A DNA stretch of 32,000 nucleotides from Pseudodesulfovibrio piezophilus C1TLV30. GTDB taxonomy: Bacteria > Desulfobacterota > Desulfovibrionia > Desulfovibrionales > Desulfovibrionaceae. Of this stretch, positions 14,975 through 24,020 are shown one piece after another. Under the pieces are notes generated by a model that ran no database searches, had not been told where the DNA came from, and worked only from the letters and a program-made list of their open reading frames with translations. Within the stretch, counting starts at the first letter, position 1. Each line of letters begins with the position of its first letter. Location of the stretch: the NCBI RefSeq assembly GCF_000341895.1, contig NC_020409.1:990001-1022000 (forward strand), given 5' to 3'. A program made the position numbers and the translations under genes.

Positions 14975-17900
14975 TCAAGCTTGGTTTTTTCGCTCCCGAA
15001 TGGCGATAGAAAGGCGGGCGAGGACCCCAACAAGATCAACAAACTCAACAGGCTTGGCAATGTAATCATCCATTCCGGCCGCAAGAAAACGTTCCTTATC
15101 CCCTTTCATGGCATGCGCCGTCAGTGCCACAATCGGTATCCGAGCCTTGCTGCCAAGTTGCGAATCATCCCTGATGGCTCGCGTAGCAGTTATCCCGTCC
15201 ATGTTCGGCATCTGGATATCCATGAGCACAAGGTCATACTCGTTCCACCGAAGCAGATCGAGAGCCTCACCACCATCTTCAGCTTCGGAAACCGTGCACC
15301 CGAGCTTCTCCAAATGCTTTTTGACCGAAAGACGATTGACTCGTTCATCTTCCACCAAAAGGACATCCAACGGGGCAAGGTGAACAGACGGGGGAACCTC
15401 TTTTCCATTGACGCTGGGGAATTCTGCCCCCTCACGAACATGAACAAAAAGGTGAATAGTCGTCCCATTTTCATCACTTTCCACAGCGATTTCTCCACCC
15501 ATGAGATTGACCAGACGCTTGACAATACCAAGTCCCAACCCCGTCCCACCATATTTTCTTGTGTATGATCCATCCACTTGAGAAAAGGCCATGAAAACGG
15601 AATCTATCATGTCGTCCGGGATACCGATCCCAGAATCGGACACACTTATCAATAGCCGCATTTTCTGTGTGTCCGTTTTGGGAGCTAGCACCCAGGACTC
15701 AACCTTGACCTCTCCGCGCGGTGTAAATTTGACAGCATTGCCGACAAGGTTGAAAAGAATCTGACGAATACGCCCTTCATCACCCAAAAGCGTATCAGGC
15801 ACGGAATCCTCAATGGCCACTTTCATATTCAGTCCCTTTTCTGCGGCCTGAATCGTAAAATTATCCAAAACACTCCCGACCATATTCCTGAAATCAAAAG
15901 GCTCTTCCTCCAGAGCCAGCATCCCCGCTTCCATCTTGGAAAAATCAAGGACATCATTAATGACTCGGAGCAGACTCCTCCCAGAAGTCAGGGCCGTGGA
16001 AACAAAGTCGCGCTGTTCTTCCGTAAGTTCGGTTTCACCCACCAATTGCAGCATACCGAAAATGCCATTGAGAGGCGTCCTGATCTCGTGGCTCATGTTG
16101 GCCAGAAATTCACTTTTTGCACGGCTGGCGGTTTCTGCCACTTCCTTGGCTTGAACCAGTTGCTCACCTGATATCTTACGTTCTTCTTCATTTCGGATTG
16201 CTGCCGTGATAATACCGAACAATTTTTCATCACTCTCGGGAAGGGTGTAATTCGCGCGCAACAAAACGGACAAGACACCTACAGGCTGATTGCCAACATT
16301 GACGACCTGACCGACAAAAGTCTGTGCATTCATACGCGCAATGACAGGGTCGGTTTGAGCATATTTTGTTGATTGCAGATTCTTGATAACCCTCACACCC
16401 GAAAAACCTTGGCCCATCAAATCGTAGGACAGGAATCCCGCCTCCATTTCCCGAATTTCCAACTCTCCGCTGGAATTCCAGGAACTGAGAGGCCTTAAAG
16501 ATTCCCGGCGCGCCCGGCAATACAGGGCCGACGCTCCCCCGAGCATTTCACCCACAAGAGCTGTCAAACTCCCGATATTTTCGTCAGGATCCGGACCAAA
16601 GCCCAGAATGCAGGCATTGATATTTGCCAGGCGATCCTCGTTTCTCTTTCGCAGGGTAATATCATAAGCAATTCCGGACATACGTAAGGGCTTACCGGAG
16701 TCCGACCGCTGGGAAACGCTCCCTCGGGAGAGAAACCATCGCCATTCTCCTGCCTTAGTTCGAATGCGTATCTGAAAACTTTGACGTCCGACAGAACCTT
16801 CCAAAGCTCGATTCATCCCGGACTTCAATCGGGCATAATCATTGGGTTCAATACGTGAAATCCAATCATCCAGAGTATTACCGATTTCATTGGACCTGTA
16901 TCCGAGCATCTCAGCAAAACGATCGTTGGAGACAATAACCCCAGAGGTTATATCCCAATCCCAGAACGCAAGGTCTCCACCCCTCACAGCAAGGTCGAGC
17001 CGCTCTTCACTTTCCCGACGGGCCTTCTCCGCAGCCACTCGCTCGGAAATATCCACCACAGTAATAAGATTGTGGACCTGCTCATGAATGTACAGAGTAC
17101 TAACGAACAGTTCGACATCACACCTGCGACCGTCTGCCAGCAGATGCCTGGTAATCAATCGGTTTCGTCCCTGTGCGACTTCCTGTAGCAGCGTGTTCAT
17201 CCGCCGGACCGTGTCACCATTAATATCGTGAAGCAGTTTTTCCACCAACTGACCGGGAGGGAATCCATAGAAGGCTTCAGCAGCCGGGTTGACCTCGACA
17301 ATACTGAGGGATGAAAGACTGACAAGAAGTTGAGGCAACATGGTATCCGTGAACATGGCCCGATGCCGCTCCACGCTTTCCCAGAGCGCTATTTGCGCAC
17401 GCTTCCGGACCTCTGTCTCTTCCTTGAGAGCCTCTTCCTGACGACTGACCTCTGAGGTCGTGGCTGAAAGTTGATGCGTGAACCAGCCTCCCACCCCGAC
17501 AACGAAGAAGGCAACAACTCCCAATCCGATCCACAGATACACGGTCCTGACAAATTCCTCAGGAGCGTTCTCAGGGGAGAGCCAATCATGCAAAATAGAA
17601 TAATAGACGGATTGATTGTCCGCTTTCAGTTGTTCCAACCCAGCATTAAGTTTTTCCTGAAACCCCTGTGGGGCGCCCCCTGACACGGCAAAACGGATTG
17701 AGATGGGATTGAAAAGAATAGGGGTGACATGAACACCGAGAGATTTGCCATACCGAAGGCCGTAAAGTCTGTTCACTATGCCGACATCAACAGCCCCGCT
17801 ATGCGTGGCTTCCAGCACATCCTTGTAAGTCGGGAACTGAATAAGGGTGAATCCGACCCCGAGATTACCGGCAAGGCTCTTGAAACGCTCATTATGTTCA

Positions 17901-18313
17901 TCACCGGAAGCGTATCCGATGCGGCGTCCTTCAAGATCCTGAAGATTTGAAATAGCAAGTTTATCCACATAAACTGTTCCCCAGTCCGCCACTATCGGCT
18001 CTTTGGCGAAGTGAATGGGGAATCGGTAATCATAACTGAATGGCAAGGCAATGACCATATCCAGTTCACCGCGCTCCAGGCGCTTCAGGCACTCTTCACG
18101 GGTTCCCCGCAGATATGAGACACTCCAGTTGTTCTTCGCGGCAAGAGAGGAAAAGATATCAACAGCCAAGCCCTTTGGTTGGCCGTCCTCATCCGCAAAC
18201 GACAACGGAGGTTCATCGAAATAACCGACGACAATCTCGTTTACCGAAGCGGCATTGACCGGTCCTGCCATGCAGAATGTCAAAAGTAACGAAAGAACCC
18301 AAAACCGTATCAA
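14975..18313 (-). CDS. Hybrid sensor histidine kinase (periplasmic SBP-3-like domain, TM, PAS x2, GAF-like, HisKA, HATPase, REC)
   Basis: The 1112-aa ORF has a TTG start with a GAGGAG SD, a signal/TM segment and a solute-binding-like periplasmic domain. It has an H-box (SHEIRTPLNGI), a G-box (GTGLGLGIVKRLV) and a C-terminal receiver (LLVEDE, LMDIQMPNMDG, YIAKPV). Confidence 0.92.
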   Translation of the reverse strand: MIRFWVLSLLLTFCMAGPVNAASVNEIVVGYFDEPPLSFADEDGQPKGLAVDIFSSLAAKNNWSVSYLRGTREECLKRLERGELDMVIALPFSYDYRFPIHFAKEPIVADWGTVYVDKLAISNLQDLEGRRIGYASGDEHNERFKSLAGNLGVGFTLIQFPTYKDVLEATHSGAVDVGIVNRLYGLRYGKSLGVHVTPILFNPISIRFAVSGGAPQGFQEKLNAGLEQLKADNQSVYYSILHDWLSPENAPEEFVRTVYLWIGLGVVAFFVVGVGGWFTHQLSATTSEVSRQEEALKEETEVRKRAQIALWESVERHRAMFTDTMLPQLLVSLSSLSIVEVNPAAEAFYGFPPGQLVEKLLHDINGDTVRRMNTLLQEVAQGRNRLITRHLLADGRRCDVELFVSTLYIHEQVHNLITVVDISERVAAEKARRESEERLDLAVRGGDLAFWDWDITSGVIVSNDRFAEMLGYRSNEIGNTLDDWISRIEPNDYARLKSGMNRALEGSVGRQSFQIRIRTKAGEWRWFLSRGSVSQRSDSGKPLRMSGIAYDITLRKRNEDRLANINACILGFGPDPDENIGSLTALVGEMLGGASALYCRARRESLRPLSSWNSSGELEIREMEAGFLSYDLMGQGFSGVRVIKNLQSTKYAQTDPVIARMNAQTFVGQVVNVGNQPVGVLSVLLRANYTLPESDEKLFGIITAAIRNEEERKISGEQLVQAKEVAETASRAKSEFLANMSHEIRTPLNGIFGMLQLVGETELTEEQRDFVSTALTSGRSLLRVINDVLDFSKMEAGMLALEEEPFDFRNMVGSVLDNFTIQAAEKGLNMKVAIEDSVPDTLLGDEGRIRQILFNLVGNAVKFTPRGEVKVESWVLAPKTDTQKMRLLISVSDSGIGIPDDMIDSVFMAFSQVDGSYTRKYGGTGLGLGIVKRLVNLMGGEIAVESDENGTTIHLFVHVREGAEFPSVNGKEVPPSVHLAPLDVLLVEDERVNRLSVKKHLEKLGCTVSEAEDGGEALDLLRWNEYDLVLMDIQMPNMDGITATRAIRDDSQLGSKARIPIVALTAHAMKGDKERFLAAGMDDYIAKPVEFVDLVGVLARLSIAIRERKNQA

Positions 18314-18443
18314 ACCAGCCTATCTCCTCAGCTATCAGGCAGCCTCATACCGGGAATTTCCACAAACAAGGCTGGAGACTAGCCTAAAAACGAGACAACC
18401 TCCACTCTATTATATTTGGCCGGCTATCATAAAGAAAACCTTT

Positions 18444-18477
18444 AAAAGACAGGCTGATCAGAAAGCCTTTCTCTTTT
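18444..18477 (-). terminator. Candidate terminator after azlD
   Basis: The minus strand reads AAAAGAGAAAGGCT-ttctgatc-AGCCTGTCTTTT followed by AAAGGTTTTCTTT. The stem is 9 bp with one mismatch. Confidence 0.35.
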
Positions 18478-18525
18478 TGGGCCCCCCTTTTTTCCTGGCT
18501 AAGACTATGAAGCCAGAACTCAGAG

Positions 18526-18849
18526 TCACCCCCAAAAATAGCGCCCTGCCGCAACCAGGCTCATCCCCAAAGCGACTGTACCGAAAAAACTCCGCGCGCG
18601 AAAAGCCAGGATAAAAGCTGGGATCGAGGCCCAGAGAAAATAATTTTCAATTGATATATCGAAAACCGTATCCTTGAGCAGAAGAGCGGGAAAGAGCATG
18701 GCCGATAAGACGGCAGTAGGCACATAGGAAAGCCAACGGACGATTGGAGCCGGTAAAGTTTTTGTCGCAAGAACAAGAACCGGTGCCATCCGAGGAATAT
18801 ACGTCACCAATGTCATACCCACGAGAGTCAACAGAATTATTCTTTCATC
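18526..18849 (-). CDS. azlD: Branched-chain amino acid transport protein AzlD
   Basis: The small hydrophobic protein starts MDERIILLTLVGMTLVTYIPRMAPVL...YVPTAVLSAML. The start at 18849 overlaps the azlC stop. The track ORF extends to 18909, but that extension lies inside azlC. Confidence 0.8.
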   Translation of the reverse strand, partial: DERIILLTLVGMTLVTYIPRMAPVLVLATKTLPAPIVRWLSYVPTAVLSAMLFPALLLKDTVFDISIENYFLWASIPAFILAFRARSFFGTVALGMSLVAAGRYFWG

Positions 18850-19547
18850 CATGATTCCACCCCTGCTCCCAAAGTTGCGCCAATCAGAGTTGCTAAAATA
18901 ACACTCCATTGATCTGCCCCGGACTGGATAAGAGCAATGGAAGCCATACCGGTCACACCAGCCACAAAAACATGCAGCCCATTCTTCACCTGCATGGACA
19001 ACAACGCGATGAACATCGCAGGTAACGCGTAATCAAGGCCTAGTGGCCTGATATCTGGGACTGCGGAACCGGCCAGAAAACCGATCCAGGAAGCCAAGAT
19101 CCACGAGATATGTGCAAGCCCGTTGATTAAGAAGGAGACAGACTTGCTCGTGTCTCCAGCGCCGAATCGGGATGAATGGACAGCAAAGGATTCGTCTGTG
19201 ATTTCATAGCTGAACAACGCCATCTCAACGCGCCCCCACCCTTTCAGATTTGGTGCCAAAGATGCGCTCATGAGCAAATGACGCAGGTTGACAATAAATG
19301 TCGTGGCGATAATGGAAAAAGGAGGAAGCCCCGAAGCAAACATGGCCACGGCTATCAACTGCGCCGACCCCGCAAAAACAAAAGTGGACATGAGAACCGT
19401 ACTCAGCATGGAAAGCCCGGTCTTGTGAGCCAAAACCCCAAACGCCGCCCCTACGGGAACATATCCCATAATAATGGGGGTTACCTGCCGAAGGGCTGTA
19501 TTCAAGACGCTCCCACTTGTCGAGGACCGCATATTCTCTTTTTCCAT
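18837..19547 (-). CDS. azlC: AzlC-family branched-chain amino acid permease
   Basis: It has the AzlC signature ...STFVFAGSAQLIAV.. and multiple TM segments. The start is uncertain: ATG 19547 (MEKENMRSS...), GTG 19562 (AAGGAG SD 9 nt upstream) or ATG 19532. The track start at 19649 is probably too far upstream. Confidence 0.85.
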   Translation of the reverse strand: MEKENMRSSTSGSVLNTALRQVTPIIMGYVPVGAAFGVLAHKTGLSMLSTVLMSTFVFAGSAQLIAVAMFASGLPPFSIIATTFIVNLRHLLMSASLAPNLKGWGRVEMALFSYEITDESFAVHSSRFGAGDTSKSVSFLINGLAHISWILASWIGFLAGSAVPDIRPLGLDYALPAMFIALLSMQVKNGLHVFVAGVTGMASIALIQSGADQWSVILATLIGATLGAGVESWMKE

Positions 19548-19689
19548 AATCTCAATTGTCACGCTCTCCCACTCCTTTCTTTGCATTCGACTCGACCGGA
19601 GCTTGCAGTAAACTCTGAATACTGTCACCAGTACAGATACAGATATCACAATATAAAAGCAGAACAGATTTACTTAAAGTGAGACGAAC

Positions 19690-21117
19690 ATGGGTCAGGA
19701 ACCATACCGATATCAGACAGTGGAGAAGCATATTCTTGCCATGATGGAGCAGGGAGCGCTTGCTCTGGGCGACCGTTTGCCGTCTCTGCGCAAGATGAGT
19801 AGCAACCTCGGAGTCTCACTCTCCACAGTCAATCAAGCTTACGTCGAACTGGAACGAAAAGGCGTGGTAGAAGCTCGACCGCGATCAGGCTTCTTTATCT
19901 GCCGACACTCCATGCGTCTGCCCCGAACGGAAATATCTCCATCTTCCATGGACAGCCCTCGTCCCGTTACTCGCATCGGCCTTATCCAGACTGTACTGGA
20001 AGCAGTGGGACGAGACGACACGGTCCCACTTGGCGTGAATGCTCCGGACCCTTCCCTGCTTCCCCTTGCCGAACTCAGTAGGATCACCACGACAGTCGTG
20101 CGCGAAAATCCAAAACGCGCGCTGCAATATACCCCAATACCGGGAGACCCGGAGCTGGTTCATCAAATAGCATTTCGATCCATGGAACATGGCATCCCTG
20201 TTGCCCCGGATGATCCGATTATCACAACCGGGTGTATGGAAGCGCTCAATTTTGCCCTGCGTTCAGTCTGCCGTCCGGGTGACACTGTCCTCATTCAGTC
20301 TCCAACATACTACTGTTTCCTGCAATTGTTGGAAACCCTCGGCCTTCGGGCCATAGAGGTACCATCAGACCCGGAAAACGGAGTCTCACCAGACGACCTT
20401 CACCATGTCCTGACGACCTTCGACATCGCAGCTTGTATTCTGTCCCCCAATTTCAACAACCCGGACTCCAGCCTGACCCCGGACAGAGCCAAACGTGAAA
20501 TCGTTTCCATGCTGGCGCAAAGGCACATCCCATTGGTGGAAGATGATGTCTCCACGGACCTTCACTTTACCCAGAAACGCCCAGACACGTACAAACAATA
20601 TGACAAGGAAGGCCTTGTCCTGCTCTGCTCCTCATTTTCAAAGACACTGGCTCCAGGCTATCGAGTCGGCTGGCTGTTGCCGGGCCGCTTTCGCCAAAAG
20701 GTATTGGAGATCAAGGCAACGACAAATGTTTCAACCTCTGCCCCATCACAAATAGCCATCGCCGAATACCTGCGCCAAGGCCGTATGACTCGACACCTGA
20801 AACGCCTCCGCAGCGCAATGGAAAAACAAATGGACACCATGCAACTCCATCTTGAACGCCATTTCCCTTCGGGAACCAGGGTCACGCATCCTAGCGGCGG
20901 TGGTGTTCTCTGGCTGGAGCTACCACACTGTATCGACTCAGTGGAACTTTTCTTTCAGGCGCGAGCGCACAGTATAGGCATTGCTCCCGGAGCCATTTTC
21001 TCGACTCAGGACAAGTTCAGCAACTACATTCGCTTAAGCTGTGGCTCTCCATGGTCTGAACAGCTTGATAATGGTGTCAGGACTCTCGGAACCATGGCGC
21101 ATGCCCTGACAGAGTAA
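19690..21117 (+). CDS. MocR-type regulator (GntR HTH fused to a PLP-dependent aminotransferase-like domain)
   Basis: It has an N-terminal GntR wHTH (LPSLRKMSSNLGVSLSTVNQAYVELERKGVVEARPRSGFFI). The fold-type I aminotransferase domain carries the SFSKTLAPGYRVGW PLP-Lys motif. It is divergent from azlCD. Confidence 0.9.
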   Translation: MGQEPYRYQTVEKHILAMMEQGALALGDRLPSLRKMSSNLGVSLSTVNQAYVELERKGVVEARPRSGFFICRHSMRLPRTEISPSSMDSPRPVTRIGLIQTVLEAVGRDDTVPLGVNAPDPSLLPLAELSRITTTVVRENPKRALQYTPIPGDPELVHQIAFRSMEHGIPVAPDDPIITTGCMEALNFALRSVCRPGDTVLIQSPTYYCFLQLLETLGLRAIEVPSDPENGVSPDDLHHVLTTFDIAACILSPNFNNPDSSLTPDRAKREIVSMLAQRHIPLVEDDVSTDLHFTQKRPDTYKQYDKEGLVLLCSSFSKTLAPGYRVGWLLPGRFRQKVLEIKATTNVSTSAPSQIAIAEYLRQGRMTRHLKRLRSAMEKQMDTMQLHLERHFPSGTRVTHPSGGGVLWLELPHCIDSVELFFQARAHSIGIAPGAIFSTQDKFSNYIRLSCGSPWSEQLDNGVRTLGTMAHALTE

Positions 21118-21213
21118 ACTCTAAATCGGCTCTCTCTGCCTCGAAAATATTCTTTACCATCGGGGAATAAGAACGTATTTTTTCTTTTTCGATTCTGACA
21201 ATAAGAGAGCGAG

Positions 21214-22140
21214 ATGACTCCACGTTCTGAAAAAGATCCCATTTACGGTTTTATAGCTGCTCTGAGCGCATTCACCCTCTGGGGTCTCCTCCCCATCTAC
21301 TGGAAACAGATACAGACCGTTGCTCCACTTGAGATACTCTGTCATCGCATAGTCTGGCTCCTGCTTATCCTTGGTGCCATTCTCACCTTCAAGAAACGCT
21401 GGGCGGAAACATTCGCTCCCCTCCGTTCCTTTCGTAATGTCGGCATTCTTGTTCTGAGCAGCCTGTGCATCGGCTCCAACTGGCTTATCTATGTCTGGGC
21501 AGTCAATACAAACCATGTCCTGGCCACCAGTCTCGGATATTATATAAATCCTCTGGTAAATGTTCTGATTGGATTCATCATCTTTAGAGAACGCCTCTCC
21601 CCAATGCAGTGTGTAGCTCTGGGTCTAGCCTCTCTCGGTGTCATAAATTCCATAGCCAACTACGGGGAAGTGCCATGGATATCCCTAGCCCTAGCCATCA
21701 GCTTTGCCTTTTATGGCCTGCTCCGAAAGATTGCTGCCGTGGAATCTCTCCCAGGACTTTTCCTTGAAGCAATGGTTCTCACCCCTGCTGCGCTAACGTA
21801 CATCCTCATTCTTCAATCACAAGGAGAGAGTGCTTTTGTCCTCAATGACCTGAGCACGGACTTCCTTCTGGTGGGGACAGGCGTGGTCACGGCGTTACCA
21901 CTTATCGGATTTGCTTTCGGCGCTCGGAGGCTGAGACTCATGACTCTTGGAATCTTGCAATATGCGGCTCCCAGTATCGCTTTCATACTCGGCGTTTTTC
22001 TCTACCATGAGCCGTTTGGTGCGGCGGACATGTTAACCTTCTGCCTGATTTGGTCAGGATTGATAGTCTATACAGGCGATTCTCTCAAAACCATGCGACA
22101 TCACAGACAGACCTTATCAAAAAAAAACCAGTCCCTCTGA
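21214..22140 (+). CDS. rarD: EamA-family (DMT) transporter RarD
   Basis: The 308-aa protein has 10 TM segments and the RarD-type N-terminus GFIAALSAFTLWGLLPIYWK. Confidence 0.85.
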   Translation: MTPRSEKDPIYGFIAALSAFTLWGLLPIYWKQIQTVAPLEILCHRIVWLLLILGAILTFKKRWAETFAPLRSFRNVGILVLSSLCIGSNWLIYVWAVNTNHVLATSLGYYINPLVNVLIGFIIFRERLSPMQCVALGLASLGVINSIANYGEVPWISLALAISFAFYGLLRKIAAVESLPGLFLEAMVLTPAALTYILILQSQGESAFVLNDLSTDFLLVGTGVVTALPLIGFAFGARRLRLMTLGILQYAAPSIAFILGVFLYHEPFGAADMLTFCLIWSGLIVYTGDSLKTMRHHRQTLSKKNQSL

Positions 22141-22251
22141 CCCGAGAGAATTTTCTCATCCATATCCCCCCCTGCGGCATCCGGTATGGAGAAAAGAATT
22201 TTGCCCTCACCATAGGGAAACAGAAAAGTGCATCTTCCTCATGCATCCTGT

Positions 22252-23409
22252 TTACCGAACGGTTTTGACAAACCACCCCTTGACCCATAATCGAAAAAGG
22301 TAGGTCAAGGGCGGGCGTATGGGACGAGTCGGTTTGGAGTCGAACAAAACATCAAGAATATGTTCTGTTTCCATGGATGATTGTAAGAAATTAACACACC
22401 CGGCACAGGATGTAAGCACAGTGCGCCCCGCTGCTTTGTTGGTTCGCTGAGCCGTCCATGCATCCGCAAATTCCGAACGGGCAAATTTGACAGCCCCACC
22501 CTCTCCACAGCATCGCGTCTTTTGGCGCTCCGGCATCCCTTTCTCTACGGTCAAACCACACCTTTGGGCCAGAGTGCGCACACTCTTCTGAGTCAATGCA
22601 TCATACCGTTGAGGACAAGGATCATGAATCACAACGGTCTTTGCGAAGGGCTTGTTCGGCCCAATCCCGGCTTCCGCCAAGAGGGAATATGCTGGCACTG
22701 ATTCAAGAGGGCCGCCGTAGCTCGAAAATATCTTCTGGCAATTGGGGCACGCTGTAATCACCCGCTTGACCCCTGCCTGACGAAGCCGTGCATAAAGCAC
22801 ATCAAACCAATTCTCGAAAAAATCCTTGCGCCCCAGATCATGCGATGGCTTCAAACAGCAGCCCAGCGCAACTCCCAAATCAGGAATATGGTTCCGTAGA
22901 GCCAAAAAGAGCCTTCGAACAGTCCGTGGCCGGGTTCCTGGCAGAGCACACCCTGGAAACAGTACAGTGTCGCCGCCGTCGGGCAGACGTAACAAAGAAA
23001 AAAGCCTGCTTTTCCCTATTTTCTCATACGTCATGACCGGAGCATATGTTGCGAGATCAAGCAGGCCATTCTGCTCATGAGTACGACGCATTTCAAGGAA
23101 GAATTCCTCCGGCCGCAGCGACTCGGGGCAGATAGCTCCGCACAAACCGCACAAGCTGCAATGAAAAGGATCAGGCCACTCTTCCTGCGGCCTGAGTCTC
23201 ACCGCCGTTGCAATCTCACCCGGCGTTCCATACTCACCCAAGAAAGCACAGTGCACACGGCAACCGCCACACCCTGTACAATCAGCCTCCAATCGAGCCG
23301 CCATACCAGACACATATTCACGTTCTATAGTCATGGTCCAGCACGCTATGCGGATCTCCAGATTTGTGCAATGGGTGAGCATAAAACCGATCGTTTGTTC
23401 CGGGACCAT
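22252..23409 (-). CDS. (Fe-S)-binding protein with ferredoxin-type clusters and two cysteine-rich CCG domains (HdrD/GlcF/LutA-like)
   Basis: It has CTGCGGCRVHC and CSLCGLCGAICPE motifs. CCG-type motifs are FPGCALPG...GCCLKP and HDPCP...RCCGEGG. The start is uncertain: ATG 23409, 23382 or 23334 (MTIEREY...), none with a strong SD. Confidence 0.85.
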   Translation of the reverse strand: MVPEQTIGFMLTHCTNLEIRIACWTMTIEREYVSGMAARLEADCTGCGGCRVHCAFLGEYGTPGEIATAVRLRPQEEWPDPFHCSLCGLCGAICPESLRPEEFFLEMRRTHEQNGLLDLATYAPVMTYEKIGKSRLFSLLRLPDGGDTVLFPGCALPGTRPRTVRRLFLALRNHIPDLGVALGCCLKPSHDLGRKDFFENWFDVLYARLRQAGVKRVITACPNCQKIFSSYGGPLESVPAYSLLAEAGIGPNKPFAKTVVIHDPCPQRYDALTQKSVRTLAQRCGLTVEKGMPERQKTRCCGEGGAVKFARSEFADAWTAQRTNKAAGRTVLTSCAGCVNFLQSSMETEHILDVLFDSKPTRPIRPPLTYLFRLWVKGWFVKTVR

Positions 23410-23454
23410 TGATCAGATCAATAGGGCACTCCAGATCGCATAGGTCCAAGACAG

Positions 23455-23487
23455 GAAAGGGGTGCCGGAAAAACCTGCACCCCTTTC
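23455..23487 (-). terminator. Strong hairpin (11-bp perfect stem) downstream of the 126-aa gene; terminator or attenuator or processing site
   Basis: GAAAGGGGTGC-N11-GCACCCCTTTC. On the minus strand it is followed by CTGTCTTGG, a weak U-tract. A second hairpin, GGCAAC-N5-GTTGCC, lies at 23502-23518 immediately after the stop. Confidence 0.4.
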
Positions 23488-23524
23488 GTCTAAAAGATCT
23501 CGGCAACCAACCGTTGCCCTCAAA

Positions 23525-23905
23525 TTACTCGACCTCTATGCATAGTGGAATAATATGCAGTGTACTGCTCACCTCTTCCGTTGCCCGCAACTTCCAACGA
23601 GCAGAACCACCACCCACAGCAGAAGCCACGGCATCGGCAATACCCTGGACATTGATAATGGGGTGACGGGAAAAGACTTGCGGCAACCCATAGGTCAGGT
23701 TGCATGCCAAACATTTTCCCGGTCGCTGTGAAAGCCGGATTTCAAAACCAAGCGATTTTCCATCGCCCCCGGTATAGCCCAACGCTATGTCATAACTCCC
23801 TTCTTCAGCATCACCAAACAATGCCTCAAAAAAATCGTCTGTCCTCTCGGCTGGAAAAAGAGATTCAAGTTTTTCTGCGGTGAAGATATCTCCATATCGA
23901 TCCAT
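23525..23905 (-). CDS. Hypothetical protein (126 aa, acidic N-terminus, CLAC motif)
   Basis: The clean ORF lies between the DUF401-like gene and the CCG Fe-S gene on the same strand, with a G-rich SD 13 nt upstream. I cannot name a family with confidence. Confidence 0.65.
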   Translation of the reverse strand: MDRYGDIFTAEKLESLFPAERTDDFFEALFGDAEEGSYDIALGYTGGDGKSLGFEIRLSQRPGKCLACNLTYGLPQVFSRHPIINVQGIADAVASAVGGGSARWKLRATEEVSSTLHIIPLCIEVE

Positions 23906-24020
23906 AAACGCACAACCCCCAATGATTCTGTTAGAAATACGTCCCTCGAATATCGAAGCTGATTACAAAAAATTCATCGGATATTCAAGCCGTTTTCATC
24001 CTCGCGGCAAGGGAAAGACA

